Notes: generated from the letters alone by a model not told the origin. Counted from the first letter of the stretch, positions 32,582 to 42,131 are shown. The stretch: 50,489 nt of DNA from Nitrospirota bacterium (GCA_029858565.1 JAOUEV010000021.1:1-50489), one strand, 5' to 3'. Numbers and translations are program-made.

Positions 32582-33091
32582 ATGAAAAGGATAGTCGCGG
32601 CAGTGCTTGTTGCCGGTCTTATGGTCTCGTTTGCCGGCTGCAAGAAGAAGGAAGAGAAACCGCAGTTGCCCCCGGGTCATCCGAGCACCGAAGGTGGAAT
32701 GCCGCCGGCGGGGATGCCTGATATGCCGAAGGTCGACCGGAAGGTCGTTGTACCCAAGGAAGTGGCCGCAAAGTGGAAGGCTGTAAAGGTCACGATCGAG
32801 GACAAGGCCGCAAAATCGTCGAAGGAATATACGATCAGCGTGGGCGGCGAGCAGGCGGTTCCCAACACGAAATTCACCGTGAAGGTGCTCGCGTTCCTGC
32901 CGGATTTCCGCATGGGTGAGAAGGACATCACCTCCGCGTCGGACAAGCCGAACAACCCCGCAGCTCAGATCGCGGTGATCGAAGGAGGAAAGGAAGTATG
33001 GAAGGGCTGGCTCTATTCCATGCATCCCGGAATCCACCCCTTCCAGCATGAGAAGATCGGGCTGTCGCTGAACGGCGGCGTCTCGAAGTAA
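32582..33091 (+). CDS. Lipoprotein, DUF2155-like
   Basis: Signal peptide with FAGC lipobox, LPPGHP, NPAAQ...WKGWLY motif; ATG 32582 with GGAGG SD. Confidence 0.7.
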   Translation: MKRIVAAVLVAGLMVSFAGCKKKEEKPQLPPGHPSTEGGMPPAGMPDMPKVDRKVVVPKEVAAKWKAVKVTIEDKAAKSSKEYTISVGGEQAVPNTKFTVKVLAFLPDFRMGEKDITSASDKPNNPAAQIAVIEGGKEVWKGWLYSMHPGIHPFQHEKIGLSLNGGVSK

Positions 33092-33113
33092 GAACTGGAT
33101 CTGCCAACGACAC

Positions 33114-33148
33114 ATGCACCGATGCCAGCGGCATCGGTGCATTGTTTC
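33114..33148 (+). terminator. 13-bp hairpin, terminator or processing stem before tRNA-Arg
   Basis: ATGCACCGATGCC-agc-GGCATCGGTGCAT then TGTTTC. Confidence 0.55.
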
Positions 33149-33149
33149 T

Positions 33150-33226
33150 GCGCCCATAGCTCAGCTGGATAGAGCATCAGACTACGAATCTGGGGGTCAG
33201 AGGTTCGAATCCTCTTGGGCGCACCA
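33150..33226 (+). tRNA. tRNA-Arg(ACG)
   Basis: GCGCCCA...ACCA, anticodon loop CT-ACG-AA, 77 nt. Confidence 0.96.
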
Positions 33227-33233
33227 TTTTTCA

Positions 33234-33704
33234 ATGCAGACCGAACCGCGCAGGACAGATCAGGATTTCATGCGACTCGCCATTGCCGAGGCCGAACGGG
33301 CCGCGGCAGCGGGGGAGACGCCCATTGGCGCGGTCCTGGTCATTGATGATAAGGTCGTTGCTTCTGCGCACAATATGCGAGAGACCTGGCAGGACGCGAC
33401 TGCCCACGCTGAAGCCCTTGTGCTCAGGATGGCATCGACGAGCCTGGGTCGGTGGCGGCTGCCTGATGCAACGGTCTATGTGACCATGGAGCCCTGCCTT
33501 ATGTGCGCAGGTGCGCTGGTATTGGCAAGGATCGGCAGGCTGGTCTACGGCTGTCGTGATGAACGAGCGGGTGCGCTGGGGTCGGTATACGATGTTGTGC
33601 GCGACGGGAAACTGAATCACGTCTATCGCATTACGCCGGGCGTTCTCGAGACGGAGTGCCGCATGGTGCTTCAGGGATTCTTCGAGAAACTGAGGCAGAA
33701 ATAG
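33234..33704 (+). CDS. tadA: tRNA adenosine(34) deaminase
   Basis: GETPIGAV, AHAE, YVTMEPCLMCAGA, LNH, FFEKLR. Start moved past the tRNA to ATG 33234. Confidence 0.93.
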   Translation: MQTEPRRTDQDFMRLAIAEAERAAAAGETPIGAVLVIDDKVVASAHNMRETWQDATAHAEALVLRMASTSLGRWRLPDATVYVTMEPCLMCAGALVLARIGRLVYGCRDERAGALGSVYDVVRDGKLNHVYRITPGVLETECRMVLQGFFEKLRQK

Positions 33705-33725
33705 GGTCTCTCGGGTCAAATATTC

Positions 33726-33815
33726 GGAGAGGTGGCCGAGTGGCTGAAGGCGGCAGTCTCGAAAACTGTTGTGGGGGTAACTCCACCGGGGGTTCAAATC
33801 CCCCCCTCTCCGCCA
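33726..33815 (+). tRNA. tRNA-Ser(CGA)
   Basis: Anticodon loop CT-CGA-AA, long variable arm, CCA end. Confidence 0.95.
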
Positions 33816-33828
33816 TATAAAACATTGT

Positions 33829-33923
33829 AGAATGCGGATTTCGGAATGAGAACCGGAAAGCGGTTCAGTTCCGAATTCAGAGCTTCTTCTGATCCGCAAT
33901 CCGAAATCTTTAAACCGAAATTG
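33829..33923. repeat. Degenerate heptamer repeat cluster (GCGGATT / AATCCGA), inverted arms
   Basis: gaatgcggatttcggaatg ... tccgcaatccgaaatc...ccgaaattg between two tRNA-Ser genes. Confidence 0.55.
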
Positions 33924-33929
33924 AACAAC

Positions 33930-34017
33930 GGAGAGGTGGCCGAGCGGCTGAAGGCGCACGCTTGGAAAGCGTGTTTAGGGAAACCTAACGTGGGTTCGAA
34001 CCCCACCCTCTCCGCCA
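33930..34017 (+). tRNA. tRNA-Ser(GGA)
   Basis: Anticodon loop TT-GGA-AA, long variable arm, CCA end. Confidence 0.95.
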
Positions 34018-34088
34018 TTTTATACGCGGAATGCGGATTTCGGAATGAACATCCAAACTCCGGCATCAGCGGTCCGAATCATTACAGC

Positions 34089-34199
34089 GCTCATGGGCCC
34101 GGGTCCTGCGCAACTACGTCCTGTGAATCCCGTCAGGTCCGGAAGGAAGCAGCGGTAAGCGGGAACCGGGTGTGCCGCAGCAAACCCGGGTTCGTGAGC
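34089..34199 (+). ncRNA. ffs: Small SRP (4.5S) RNA
   Basis: Conserved helix 8 TCAGGTCCGGAAGGAAGCAGC; terminal stem GCTCATGGGCCCGGG/CCCGGGTTCGTGAGC then T-run; upstream of dnaX. Confidence 0.92.
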
Positions 34200-34302
34200 T
34201 TTTTTCTTTTCCATCCTCGATGAAATAGGCATGCACTCTTGTTGCGACGTGAAGAGATTTTAATCCGCAACCTGAAATCCGCAATCGTCAATTGAGGTTG
34301 TT

Positions 34303-35958
34303 ATGAGCTATCAGGTTCTTGCGCGAAAATGGCGACCCCAGGTGTTCGAGGATGTCGTCGGCCAGGGGCATATCACCAAGACCCTCCAGAACGCCATCAG
34401 CACCAACCGCCTCGCCCATGCCTTTCTCTTTTCCGGTCCCCGCGGCGTCGGCAAGACCACGACCGCACGGATCCTTGCGAAAGCTCTCAACTGCAAGAAC
34501 GGACCGACCCCGACGCCGTGCGGAATCTGCGACGCATGCACGGAAACGGCGGCTGGCACATCGGTGGACGTCATCGAGATCGATGGTGCTTCGAACCGCG
34601 GTATCGAGCATATCCGCGAGCTCCGCGAGACAGTCAAGTATGCGCCCGTGGGCGGGAAGTACAAGGTCTATGTCATCGATGAAGTGCATATGCTCACGAA
34701 CGAGGCCTTTAATGCGCTTCTCAAGACCCTGGAAGAGCCGCCTCCGCGGGTGATCTTCATCTTCGCCACGACCGAACCTCAAAAGGTCCCGGCGACCATC
34801 CATTCCCGCTGTCAGCGCTACGGTTTCAAGCGCATCTCCCTCCAGGAGATCGCGTCAAAGCTTCGTCAGATCGCGGAGCGGGAAGGCATCACGGTCAGCG
34901 ACCGCGGCCTTACCATGATCGCCAGGGCGGCCGAAGGGAGCATGCGGGACTCCCAGAGCCTGCTCGACCAGGCCATATCATCGAGCGGGCTGACGATCAA
35001 GGATGAGGAGCTGCAAGGGATTCTCGGCGCTGTGGCGCAGGAGTCGCTGGTCCGTCTTGCTGACGGTCTGCTGGCGCGGGACGCGGCAGGATTGCTGAAA
35101 CAGGTGGATGCGCTTCTTGAGCAGGGCCAGGACATGCGCCAACTGCTTGCCGGCGTTGTGGAGCATGTACGCAACCTGATCATTGTCAAGGTGGCGGAGC
35201 AGTCGGCCTCGATCATCGAGATCGCCGCCGGCGACCTGGAACGCATCAAACAACAGGCGGCAACGACCGAGACCGAACGGCTCATCATGCTGTTCGACAG
35301 CCTGTCCCGGACCCTCGACGAACTGCGCTGGTCACCTCATCAGCGCTTCACGCTGGAGATCGGGCTGGTAAAGGCCTGCAACATCGCTCCGCTGAAGCCG
35401 CTGGCAGAGGTGCTTGATCACCTGAAGCATCTTGAGGCAGGCGGTGTGCGGATCGCTTCCGGCGGCGCATCCGCGCGTCCGGCGCCAACGACGGCTCACG
35501 ATCGCAGCGCCGCGTACGGCCATGGCGCACCAAAGCGGCCTGAGCAGGCTGCTCAGCATGGCCTCAACGTGACAACTTCGTCCGGCAAAGGAGTGTGGCC
35601 GCAGGTGATCGCCGCGGTGAAGCAAAGGAAACCCGGACTTGCCACCTTCCTTGCAGGCAGCGGTATCATTGAACAGACCGGTGATGCAATGGTCATCGGG
35701 ATCCAGGGAGCGCCGTTCACGCTGCAGCAGGTCGAAAAACAGGAAAGCAGGGAGCTGATCGGTCAGGCGGTCGAGGAGGTGTCCGGGACCAGGACCAAAC
35801 TTTCGTTCCGCCTCCTCACTGCGGACAAGGAGCGGGCGCCGCAGTCAAAAGCTGCTCCCGCAAAAAAAGCACCTGTTGAACAGGACCCGCTTGTCAACGA
35901 TGCCCTTTCCATCTTTAATGGAGAAGTGGTCGATCCAGGAGAACAGAGCAGAGGCTAA
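34303..35958 (+). CDS. dnaX: DNA polymerase III subunit gamma/tau
   Basis: YQVLARKWRPQ, GPRGVGKTT, zinc CxxCxxC, IDEVHML, SRC. Confidence 0.97.
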   Translation: MSYQVLARKWRPQVFEDVVGQGHITKTLQNAISTNRLAHAFLFSGPRGVGKTTTARILAKALNCKNGPTPTPCGICDACTETAAGTSVDVIEIDGASNRGIEHIRELRETVKYAPVGGKYKVYVIDEVHMLTNEAFNALLKTLEEPPPRVIFIFATTEPQKVPATIHSRCQRYGFKRISLQEIASKLRQIAEREGITVSDRGLTMIARAAEGSMRDSQSLLDQAISSSGLTIKDEELQGILGAVAQESLVRLADGLLARDAAGLLKQVDALLEQGQDMRQLLAGVVEHVRNLIIVKVAEQSASIIEIAAGDLERIKQQAATTETERLIMLFDSLSRTLDELRWSPHQRFTLEIGLVKACNIAPLKPLAEVLDHLKHLEAGGVRIASGGASARPAPTTAHDRSAAYGHGAPKRPEQAAQHGLNVTTSSGKGVWPQVIAAVKQRKPGLATFLAGSGIIEQTGDAMVIGIQGAPFTLQQVEKQESRELIGQAVEEVSGTRTKLSFRLLTADKERAPQSKAAPAKKAPVEQDPLVNDALSIFNGEVVDPGEQSRG

Positions 35959-36037
35959 GCCAAGGAACTCTGGCCATCGGCACGGGTACAAACCACCATT
36001 TAATTTTCTAATATCCCCATAATTCAGGCATTTTTTC

Positions 36038-36066
36038 TTGCAAAGCACCACGTTTTATTTTACTAT
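36038..36066 (+). promoter_or_regulatory. Sigma70-type promoter of ybaB-recR
   Basis: TTGCAA-17-TACTAT. Confidence 0.55.
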
Positions 36067-36083
36067 GTTAGTCCTTAAACGCT

Positions 36084-36404
36084 ATGTCCAAGAATTTACT
36101 CAATAATCTGATGAAGCAGGCCCAGCAGATGCAGGAACGGGTCAAGAAACTCCAGGAAGAGGTCGGGAATAAGACCGTTGAGGCCTCTTCCGGTGGGGGT
36201 GTTGTCACGGTGGTTGTCAATGGGAAGCAGGAAGTTCTTTCCATTAAGCTCGATAAATCGGTTATCGACCCCAATGACATTGATATGCTCCAGGACCTGG
36301 TCACTGCTGCGGTGAATGAAGCTCTCCGGAAATCCCAGGACCTGATGAAGAACGAGATGGGCCGACTGACCTCGGGGATGGGCCTTCCTCCGGGATTGTT
36401 CTAA
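36084..36404 (+). CDS. ybaB: YbaB/EbfC nucleoid-associated protein
   Basis: MKQAQQMQ, SGGGVVTV, LQDLVTAAVNEA. Confidence 0.93.
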   Translation: MSKNLLNNLMKQAQQMQERVKKLQEEVGNKTVEASSGGGVVTVVVNGKQEVLSIKLDKSVIDPNDIDMLQDLVTAAVNEALRKSQDLMKNEMGRLTSGMGLPPGLF

Positions 36405-36432
36405 GTGCGGGTTTCGGATTGCGGATCGCAAA

Positions 36433-37128
36433 ATGACGGGCAAATCCGAACGTGATATGGAGAAGGATCAGGAAATTCCTTCGCCGGCCTCCGGCAGGAC
36501 CAAGCGGGAAAAAGCAGGCGATCAGGACGCCAGGATCTCCGGCAAAGCCCTCGGCCGGATGGTAGAATCCTTCATGAAGTTTCCGGGCATCGGCAGAAAG
36601 AGCGCCGAACGCCTCGCATTCTCCGTGCTCAGCATGCCGAAAGAAGAAGCCTCCGGCATTGCCCAGGCGATAATCGATCTTAAAAATAGCAGCCGCTATT
36701 GCGCGGTCTGCAACAATATCACCGAGGATGATGTCTGCGTCATCTGCCGCGACCCGCGAAGGGACGAGACCGCCCTGTGCGTCGTGGAAGAACCGAGCAA
36801 TATCCTCGTGCTGGAGAAGTCGGGCACTTTCCGAGGCAAGTACCACGCCCTGCTCGGCGCTCTCTCTCCCTTGGACGGCGTGGGACCGGAAGATCTCAAG
36901 ATCAACGGTTTGCTGGACCGCATCAAAGCCGGTGTAGTAAAGGAAGTGATCCTGGCCACGAATCCCACGGTAAAGGGCGAGACCACGGCCCTGTATCTTG
37001 CAAAGGTCATCAAGCCGCTGGGCGTCAGTGTTACCAGGATCGCCTATGGTTTGCCAGTAGGCGGAGATATTGAGTACGCTGACGAGAACACGGTCCAGCG
37101 GGCGCTTCAGGGAAGACGGGAAATGTAA
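36433..37128 (+). CDS. recR: Recombination mediator RecR
   Basis: PGIGRKSAERLA, C4 zinc finger, VVEEP, ATNPTVKGE, GDIEYAD. Start uncertain (36433 or 36457). Confidence 0.95.
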   Translation: MTGKSERDMEKDQEIPSPASGRTKREKAGDQDARISGKALGRMVESFMKFPGIGRKSAERLAFSVLSMPKEEASGIAQAIIDLKNSSRYCAVCNNITEDDVCVICRDPRRDETALCVVEEPSNILVLEKSGTFRGKYHALLGALSPLDGVGPEDLKINGLLDRIKAGVVKEVILATNPTVKGETTALYLAKVIKPLGVSVTRIAYGLPVGGDIEYADENTVQRALQGRREM

Positions 37129-37228
37129 CTCCAATGCGGAATGGGTCGTGCGGAATGCGGAGTGAAGCACCGGTCTACGCACGCAGTATCCCTCACGGTT
37201 TCGAACTTTAGTTTGGGAGGAAAAACGT

Positions 37229-37804
37229 ATGGCAGAAATGATAGAGATACGATGGCATGGACGGGGCGGGCAGGGTACCGTCACCGCGGCCAAGGTTCTT
37301 GCGGACGCATGTCTATCCGGCGGCCGCAATGTGCAGGCTTTTCCGGAATACGGACCGGAACGGGCGGGCGCGCCGCTTCGCGCCTATAACCGCATCAGCG
37401 AAAAAGTGCTGCGGATGCATTGCCCGGTGCTGAATCCCGGCGTCGTATGCGTTGTGGACGCGACGCTGCTGGACGCAATCAACGTCGCCGAGGGCGCAAA
37501 GGACGACGCCGTGTTCATTGTCAACACGAGCAAGGATCCCAAAGACGTCCGCGAAAAGCTTAAAGCGAAGCCGTCCCAGAAGGTCTTCTGTATCGATGCG
37601 ACAAAGATCGCCATCGAAACCATCGGCAGGCCCATGCCGAACGCGCCAATGCTCGGCGCGGTGAACAAGGCCACGGCGATCGTGACCATGGAAGTGCTGC
37701 TCGATGACGTGAAGGGCAGTTTCGGCAAGAAATTCGCGCAGAAGATCATCGACGGGAATCTTGAAGCGGTGAAGCGCGGGTACGGGGAGGTACAAGAGGG
37801 ATGA
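37229..37804 (+). CDS. porC: Pyruvate/2-oxoacid:ferredoxin oxidoreductase gamma subunit
   Basis: EIRWHGRGGQG, FPEYGPERAGAP. Confidence 0.9.
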   Translation: MAEMIEIRWHGRGGQGTVTAAKVLADACLSGGRNVQAFPEYGPERAGAPLRAYNRISEKVLRMHCPVLNPGVVCVVDATLLDAINVAEGAKDDAVFIVNTSKDPKDVREKLKAKPSQKVFCIDATKIAIETIGRPMPNAPMLGAVNKATAIVTMEVLLDDVKGSFGKKFAQKIIDGNLEAVKRGYGEVQEG

Positions 37805-38094
37805 AACAGATGAACTGGAAAGAGCTGCCCCACGCCGGCACGATCCTGAATGCCGGCAACACGAAGGACTACAAGACCGGTTCGTGGAGGACCTACAAGC
37901 CGCGCTGGATCGAGGAGAACTGCATCCAGTGCTTGTTCTGCTGGATCTACTGCCCCGACACGGCGGTGACGGTGAACGACGAGAAGATGACCGGCTTCAA
38001 CTACGACCACTGCAAAGGCTGCGGCGTATGCGCCATGGAGTGCCCGGGTAAAAAGGGCAACAAGGCCATCGTCATGGAAGAGGAGGGCAAATAA
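37801..38094 (+). CDS. porD: Pyruvate/2-oxoacid:ferredoxin oxidoreductase delta subunit
   Basis: KTGSWR, two 4Fe-4S motifs CIQCLFCWIYCP and CKGCGVCAMECP. Confidence 0.9.
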   Translation: MKQMNWKELPHAGTILNAGNTKDYKTGSWRTYKPRWIEENCIQCLFCWIYCPDTAVTVNDEKMTGFNYDHCKGCGVCAMECPGKKGNKAIVMEEEGK

Positions 38095-38095
38095 C

Positions 38096-39283
38096 ATGGC
38101 AATCACGTCGATCAAGACCGTTGCAGTGACCGGCAACCAGGCGGTTGCCGAGGCCTTCCGCCAGCTGAATCCCGATGTCATGCCGGCGTACCCCATTACC
38201 CCGTCAACGGGCATCATGGAGTCGTTCACCTCCTTTGTTTCGAACGGCAAGGTGGACACCGAAATGATCCTGGTGGAAAGCGAGCACAGTGCCATGAGCG
38301 CCGGGATCGGCGCGTCAGCCGCAGGCGGCCGCGTGGCAACGGCGACCTCCGCCCAGGGCCTGGCCCTTATGTGGGAAATGCTGCACATCGCTTCTGGCTA
38401 CCGGCTTCCGATCCTGATGGCGCTGGTGAACCGGGCGCTGTCCGCGCCGCTCAACATCCACGGCGATCACTCCGACGGCATGGGCATGCGCGACTGCGGT
38501 TGGATCCAGCTCTTCTGCGAGAACGCCCAGGAAGCCTACGACAACACCATCATGGCCTACCGGATCGCCGAGCACAAGGATGTGCGGCTCCCGATCGCGG
38601 TGAACATGGACGGATTCATCATCAGCCACTCCATCGAGAGCATGCAGTATATCACTGACGAGGACGTGAAGAAGTTCGTGGGCGAGTACATCCCCATGAA
38701 TCCGTTGCTCGACATCGACAACCCCAAGAGCATCGGCGCCCTGGTGCTGACGGACTACTACATGGAACACAAGCGCGCCCAGCACGAGGCTATGTTGAAC
38801 GTGAAGAAGGTGGTGCAGGACGTATCCGCGGAGTTCGCCAAGCTGACCGGCAGGAAATATGACCTCTTCGAGACCTATCGGCTGGAAGACGCCGATGTGG
38901 CCATCGTGGCGCTCAACTCCGCTGCGGGCACGATCAAGGACGAGATCGACCGCTACCGCGAAAAGGGCGTCAAGGTCGGGCTCCTGAAGCCCCGCATGTT
39001 CCGCCCCTTCCCCTACGAGGAAGTGGGCGCCGCGCTCAAGAACGCCAAGGCCATCTGCGTGATGGACCGGGCGGACTCCTACGGCGGGTACGGGCCGCTG
39101 TTCATGGAGATTGCCTCGGCACTGGCCCCCAGCAAGGGACCGGTGCTGTTCAACAAGATCTACGGCCTGGGCGGCAGGGACCTCATGCCTTCGCATGTTG
39201 ACGAAGTGATCGAGGAGACCGCAGAGGTCGCCAAGACCGGCAAGGTCAGGATGCTGAAAGATTACATGACGGTGAGGAGTTAA
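38096..39283 (+). CDS. porA: Pyruvate/2-oxoacid:ferredoxin oxidoreductase alpha subunit
   Basis: YPITP, ESEHSA, TATSAQGL, NRALSAP, FRPFP, GLGGRD. Confidence 0.9.
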   Translation: MAITSIKTVAVTGNQAVAEAFRQLNPDVMPAYPITPSTGIMESFTSFVSNGKVDTEMILVESEHSAMSAGIGASAAGGRVATATSAQGLALMWEMLHIASGYRLPILMALVNRALSAPLNIHGDHSDGMGMRDCGWIQLFCENAQEAYDNTIMAYRIAEHKDVRLPIAVNMDGFIISHSIESMQYITDEDVKKFVGEYIPMNPLLDIDNPKSIGALVLTDYYMEHKRAQHEAMLNVKKVVQDVSAEFAKLTGRKYDLFETYRLEDADVAIVALNSAAGTIKDEIDRYREKGVKVGLLKPRMFRPFPYEEVGAALKNAKAICVMDRADSYGGYGPLFMEIASALAPSKGPVLFNKIYGLGGRDLMPSHVDEVIEETAEVAKTGKVRMLKDYMTVRS

Positions 39284-39285
39284 TC

Positions 39286-40242
39286 ATGACCACGACCCAG
39301 GAAAAACCAATGACCCTGAAATCACTGTCCCATAAAAAGGACAACCTCTCCGGCGGACATCGCATGTGCTCCGGCTGCGGCGCGCCGACCGTTGTGCGGC
39401 AGGTGCTGCTGGCGATCGATGAGCCGGTGGTCATCGCGAACGCGACAGGCTGCCTTGAGGTCTCGACCTGCCTCTTTCCCTATACCGCCTGGCAGCTGCC
39501 CTGGATGCACAGCGCATTCGAGAACGCAGCTGCGACCGCGTCGGGCATTGAAACGATGTACCGGGCGCTTCGGAAAAAGGGCAAGATCAGCAAGGACATC
39601 AAGTTCATCGCCTTCGGCGGCGACGGCGGCACCTACGATATCGGATTCCAGGCCCTTTCCGGCGCCATGGAGCGCGGCCACCAGCTGCTCTATATCTGCT
39701 ACGACAACGGCGCGTACATGAACACGGGCATCCAGCGTTCGAGCGCAACGCCTTTCGGAGCCGATACCACGACCCAGCCGGTCGGGTCCAAGGTCCCGGG
39801 CAAGACCGTGCGTCGCAAGGACCTCACCCGCATCATGGCGGCCCATAACGTGGCATATGCTGCCCAGGCATCGCCGCACAACTGGAAGGACCTGATGACC
39901 AAGGTGAAGAAAGCCCTTGCCACGAACGGTCCCGCATACATGGGCATCATGGCGCCGTGCAACCGGGGCTGGCGCACCCAGACGAACGACTCCATCCTGC
40001 TGTCACGTCTTTCCGTGGAAACGTGCTATTGGCCGCTCTATGAGGTCGAGGGCGGCAAGTGGACCATCAACTACGACCCCAAGGACAAGAAGAAGCCGGT
40101 GACGGAGTTCCTGAAGCCCCAGGGCAGGTTCAAGCACCTCTTTGCCCCCGGAAATGAGCATTTGCTCGAACGTTTCCAGAATACCGTGGACGGTGACTGG
40201 GAGAGCCTTCAGAAGCTGGCGGCAACATTCGGAACCAAATAA
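39286..40242 (+). CDS. porB: Pyruvate/2-oxoacid:ferredoxin oxidoreductase beta subunit
   Basis: GHRMCSGCG, ATGC, GGDGG, YDNGAYMNTGIQRS (TPP binding). Confidence 0.9.
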   Translation: MTTTQEKPMTLKSLSHKKDNLSGGHRMCSGCGAPTVVRQVLLAIDEPVVIANATGCLEVSTCLFPYTAWQLPWMHSAFENAAATASGIETMYRALRKKGKISKDIKFIAFGGDGGTYDIGFQALSGAMERGHQLLYICYDNGAYMNTGIQRSSATPFGADTTTQPVGSKVPGKTVRRKDLTRIMAAHNVAYAAQASPHNWKDLMTKVKKALATNGPAYMGIMAPCNRGWRTQTNDSILLSRLSVETCYWPLYEVEGGKWTINYDPKDKKKPVTEFLKPQGRFKHLFAPGNEHLLERFQNTVDGDWESLQKLAATFGTK

Positions 40243-40273
40243 CAGGTTCCTTAGAGTACGATCTTCACAACCC

Positions 40274-40304
40274 CAGCCGGGCTTTCGCCCGGCTGTGTTC
40301 GTTT
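40274..40304 (+). terminator. Intrinsic terminator after the por operon
   Basis: CAGCCGGGC-tttc-GCCCGGCTG then TGTTCGTTT. Confidence 0.65.
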
Positions 40305-40410
40305 CAGACCGCAGTGGTCCGAAAAACCCCTTGAAATTTCAGGGACAATGTGGTTAAATGAGTAGCTATCAGGAGTGCGTCCGTTCAACGGCAGCGAGGA
40401 GAGAAATCAT

Positions 40411-40905
40411 ATGATCGGCTCCGATCTGGTGATGTATGAAGAGGAGTTCAAGCTCATAGATGCTGAGCTTCAGCGGCTGCTTGCCCAGTCCAATGCGAAG
40501 GTCGTGTTCCTTGTGGATAAGAACGGCCAGCTGATCGCTGCGACCGGCGAGACCGAGAACCTCGACACCACATCGCTCGCCTCACTCACAGCCGGCAACA
40601 TCGCGGCAACGGGCGGCATGGCGAAGCTCCTTGGTGAAAAGGAATTCTCGATCCTGTTCCACGAAGGACAGCGGGACAATATCCACATTTCCATTATAAG
40701 CCAGCGGGTCATCCTGGTAGTGATCTTTGACCAGCGTTCGTCCCTTGGCCTTGTCCGGCTACGGGTCAAGAAGAGCGCAGAGCTGCTTTCGGGCATCTTC
40801 AATCAGCTGTTGCAGAAGGTCGAAACCGGCAAGGGCGCAGCCAAGGGCGCTGATTCGCCGTTCGCGGAAATTACCGACGAAGACATTGATAAGCTCTTCG
40901 GATAA
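40411..40905 (+). CDS. mglB: Roadblock/LC7 GTPase-activating protein MglB
   Basis: LVMYEEEF, LASLTAGNIAATGG, SSLGLVRLR, PFAEITDEDIDKLF; ATG 40411 with AGGAG SD. Confidence 0.93.
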   Translation: MIGSDLVMYEEEFKLIDAELQRLLAQSNAKVVFLVDKNGQLIAATGETENLDTTSLASLTAGNIAATGGMAKLLGEKEFSILFHEGQRDNIHISIISQRVILVVIFDQRSSLGLVRLRVKKSAELLSGIFNQLLQKVETGKGAAKGADSPFAEITDEDIDKLFG

Positions 40906-40936
40906 CGCAGCCTGCTAAGGAAAGGGACTCGGATCC

Positions 40937-41533
40937 ATGTCGTTTATCAATTACTCGTCGAGAGAGATCAACTGCAAGATCGTGTACTATGGTCCCGGTC
41001 TGTGCGGCAAGACGACCAATCTCCATTACATTTACAAGAAGACGAATCCCGACAGCAAGGGAAAGATGATTTCCCTTGCCACCGAGACCGAGCGTACGCT
41101 GTTCTTCGATTTTCTTCCCCTGGCGCTCGGTGAGATACGCGGCTTCAAAACGCGCTTCCATCTGTACACCGTGCCCGGTCAGGTCTTCTACGATGCGAGC
41201 CGGAAACTCATCCTGAAGGGCGTCGACGGCGTGGTATTCGTGGCGGACTCGCAGGTCGAGCGCATGGAAGCGAACGTGGAAAGCGTTGAGAACCTTCGCA
41301 TCAACCTTTCCGAACAGGGATACGATCTCGACAAGGTGCCCTACGTGGTCCAGTACAACAAGCGGGACCTTCCGAACGTTGTTCCGGTTGCTGAGATGCG
41401 TGCTGCTCTCAATCCCAAGGGCGTGCCTGATTTCGAAGCCGTGGCATCCGAAGGCGGCGGCGTTTTCGATACCCTCAAGGCGATCGCCAAGCAGGTCATC
41501 ATGGAACTGAAGAAGGGACAGGAAGGCGGATAA
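40937..41533 (+). CDS. mglA: Small Ras-like GTPase MglA
   Basis: [45 protein letters not shown]. Confidence 0.96.
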   Translation: MSFINYSSREINCKIVYYGPGLCGKTTNLHYIYKKTNPDSKGKMISLATETERTLFFDFLPLALGEIRGFKTRFHLYTVPGQVFYDASRKLILKGVDGVVFVADSQVERMEANVESVENLRINLSEQGYDLDKVPYVVQYNKRDLPNVVPVAEMRAALNPKGVPDFEAVASEGGGVFDTLKAIAKQVIMELKKGQEGG

Positions 41534-41615
41534 AACCGAGCGCGGAGTGCGGAATTAAGATCCTAGCAGCGCAGAACAGTCCTTATAAGCCTCCTTATCC
41601 ATCGTAAATAACCCA

Positions 41616-41644
41616 TTGACAGGCAAAAGATGATATGGTATTTT
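41616..41644 (+). promoter_or_regulatory. Stable-RNA promoter of tRNA-Asn
   Basis: TTGACA-17-TATTTT followed by GC-rich discriminator GCCCGC. Confidence 0.7.
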
Positions 41645-41685
41645 GCCCGCCTGTAATAGCGTAATTCCTCAACAAAACCAATCAT

Positions 41686-41761
41686 TCCCGGATAGCTCAG
41701 TCGGTAGAGCGGGTGGCTGTTAACCACCATGTCGCAGGTTCGAGTCCTGCTCCGGGAGCCA
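41686..41761 (+). tRNA. tRNA-Asn(GTT)
   Basis: TCCCGGA...GCCA, anticodon loop CT-GTT-AA, 76 nt. Confidence 0.96.
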
Positions 41762-41769
41762 GATATAAA

Positions 41770-41808
41770 AGGCCTGATTCTATTGACTAGAATCAGGCCT
41801 ATTCTTTT
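41770..41808 (+). terminator. Intrinsic terminator after tRNA-Asn
   Basis: AGGCCTGATTCTA-ttgac-TAGAATCAGGCCT then ATTCTTTT. Confidence 0.75.
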
Positions 41809-41856
41809 CGATCTGCGACTCTCAGCAAAACTGCAAGAATCATGGATCAATCCAGT

Positions 41857-41885
41857 TTGACATGGTGTGTCATAAGTGTTACACT
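41857..41885 (+). promoter_or_regulatory. Toxin-antitoxin promoter with overlapping operator palindrome
   Basis: TTGACA-17-TACACT; palindrome AGTGT-T-ACACT overlaps the -10. Confidence 0.65.
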
Positions 41886-41906
41886 AATTGCATGGAGGTA
41901 AAGAAC

Positions 41907-42131
41907 ATGCCTGTAAAAAATCCGCGGATAAACGTTGTACTGGAAAAACCGTTATACAGCACGATCGAACGTCTTGCATCGCGAGACGGGGTTTCTCTGT
42001 CTCTCAAGGTTCGGGACCTGGTGAAAGAGGCGATCGAAATGGAAGAGGATGTTGCGCTTGGGGCGTTTGCATCCAAGAGGGAAAAGACGTTCACGAAAGC
42101 GAAATCCCTGAAGCATGACGAGGTCTGGTGA
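41907..42131 (+). CDS. Ribbon-helix-helix antitoxin
   Basis: PRINVVLE...LASRDGVSLSLKVRDLV, acidic tail HDEVW; GGAGG SD before ATG 41907. Confidence 0.8.
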   Translation: MPVKNPRINVVLEKPLYSTIERLASRDGVSLSLKVRDLVKEAIEMEEDVALGAFASKREKTFTKAKSLKHDEVW

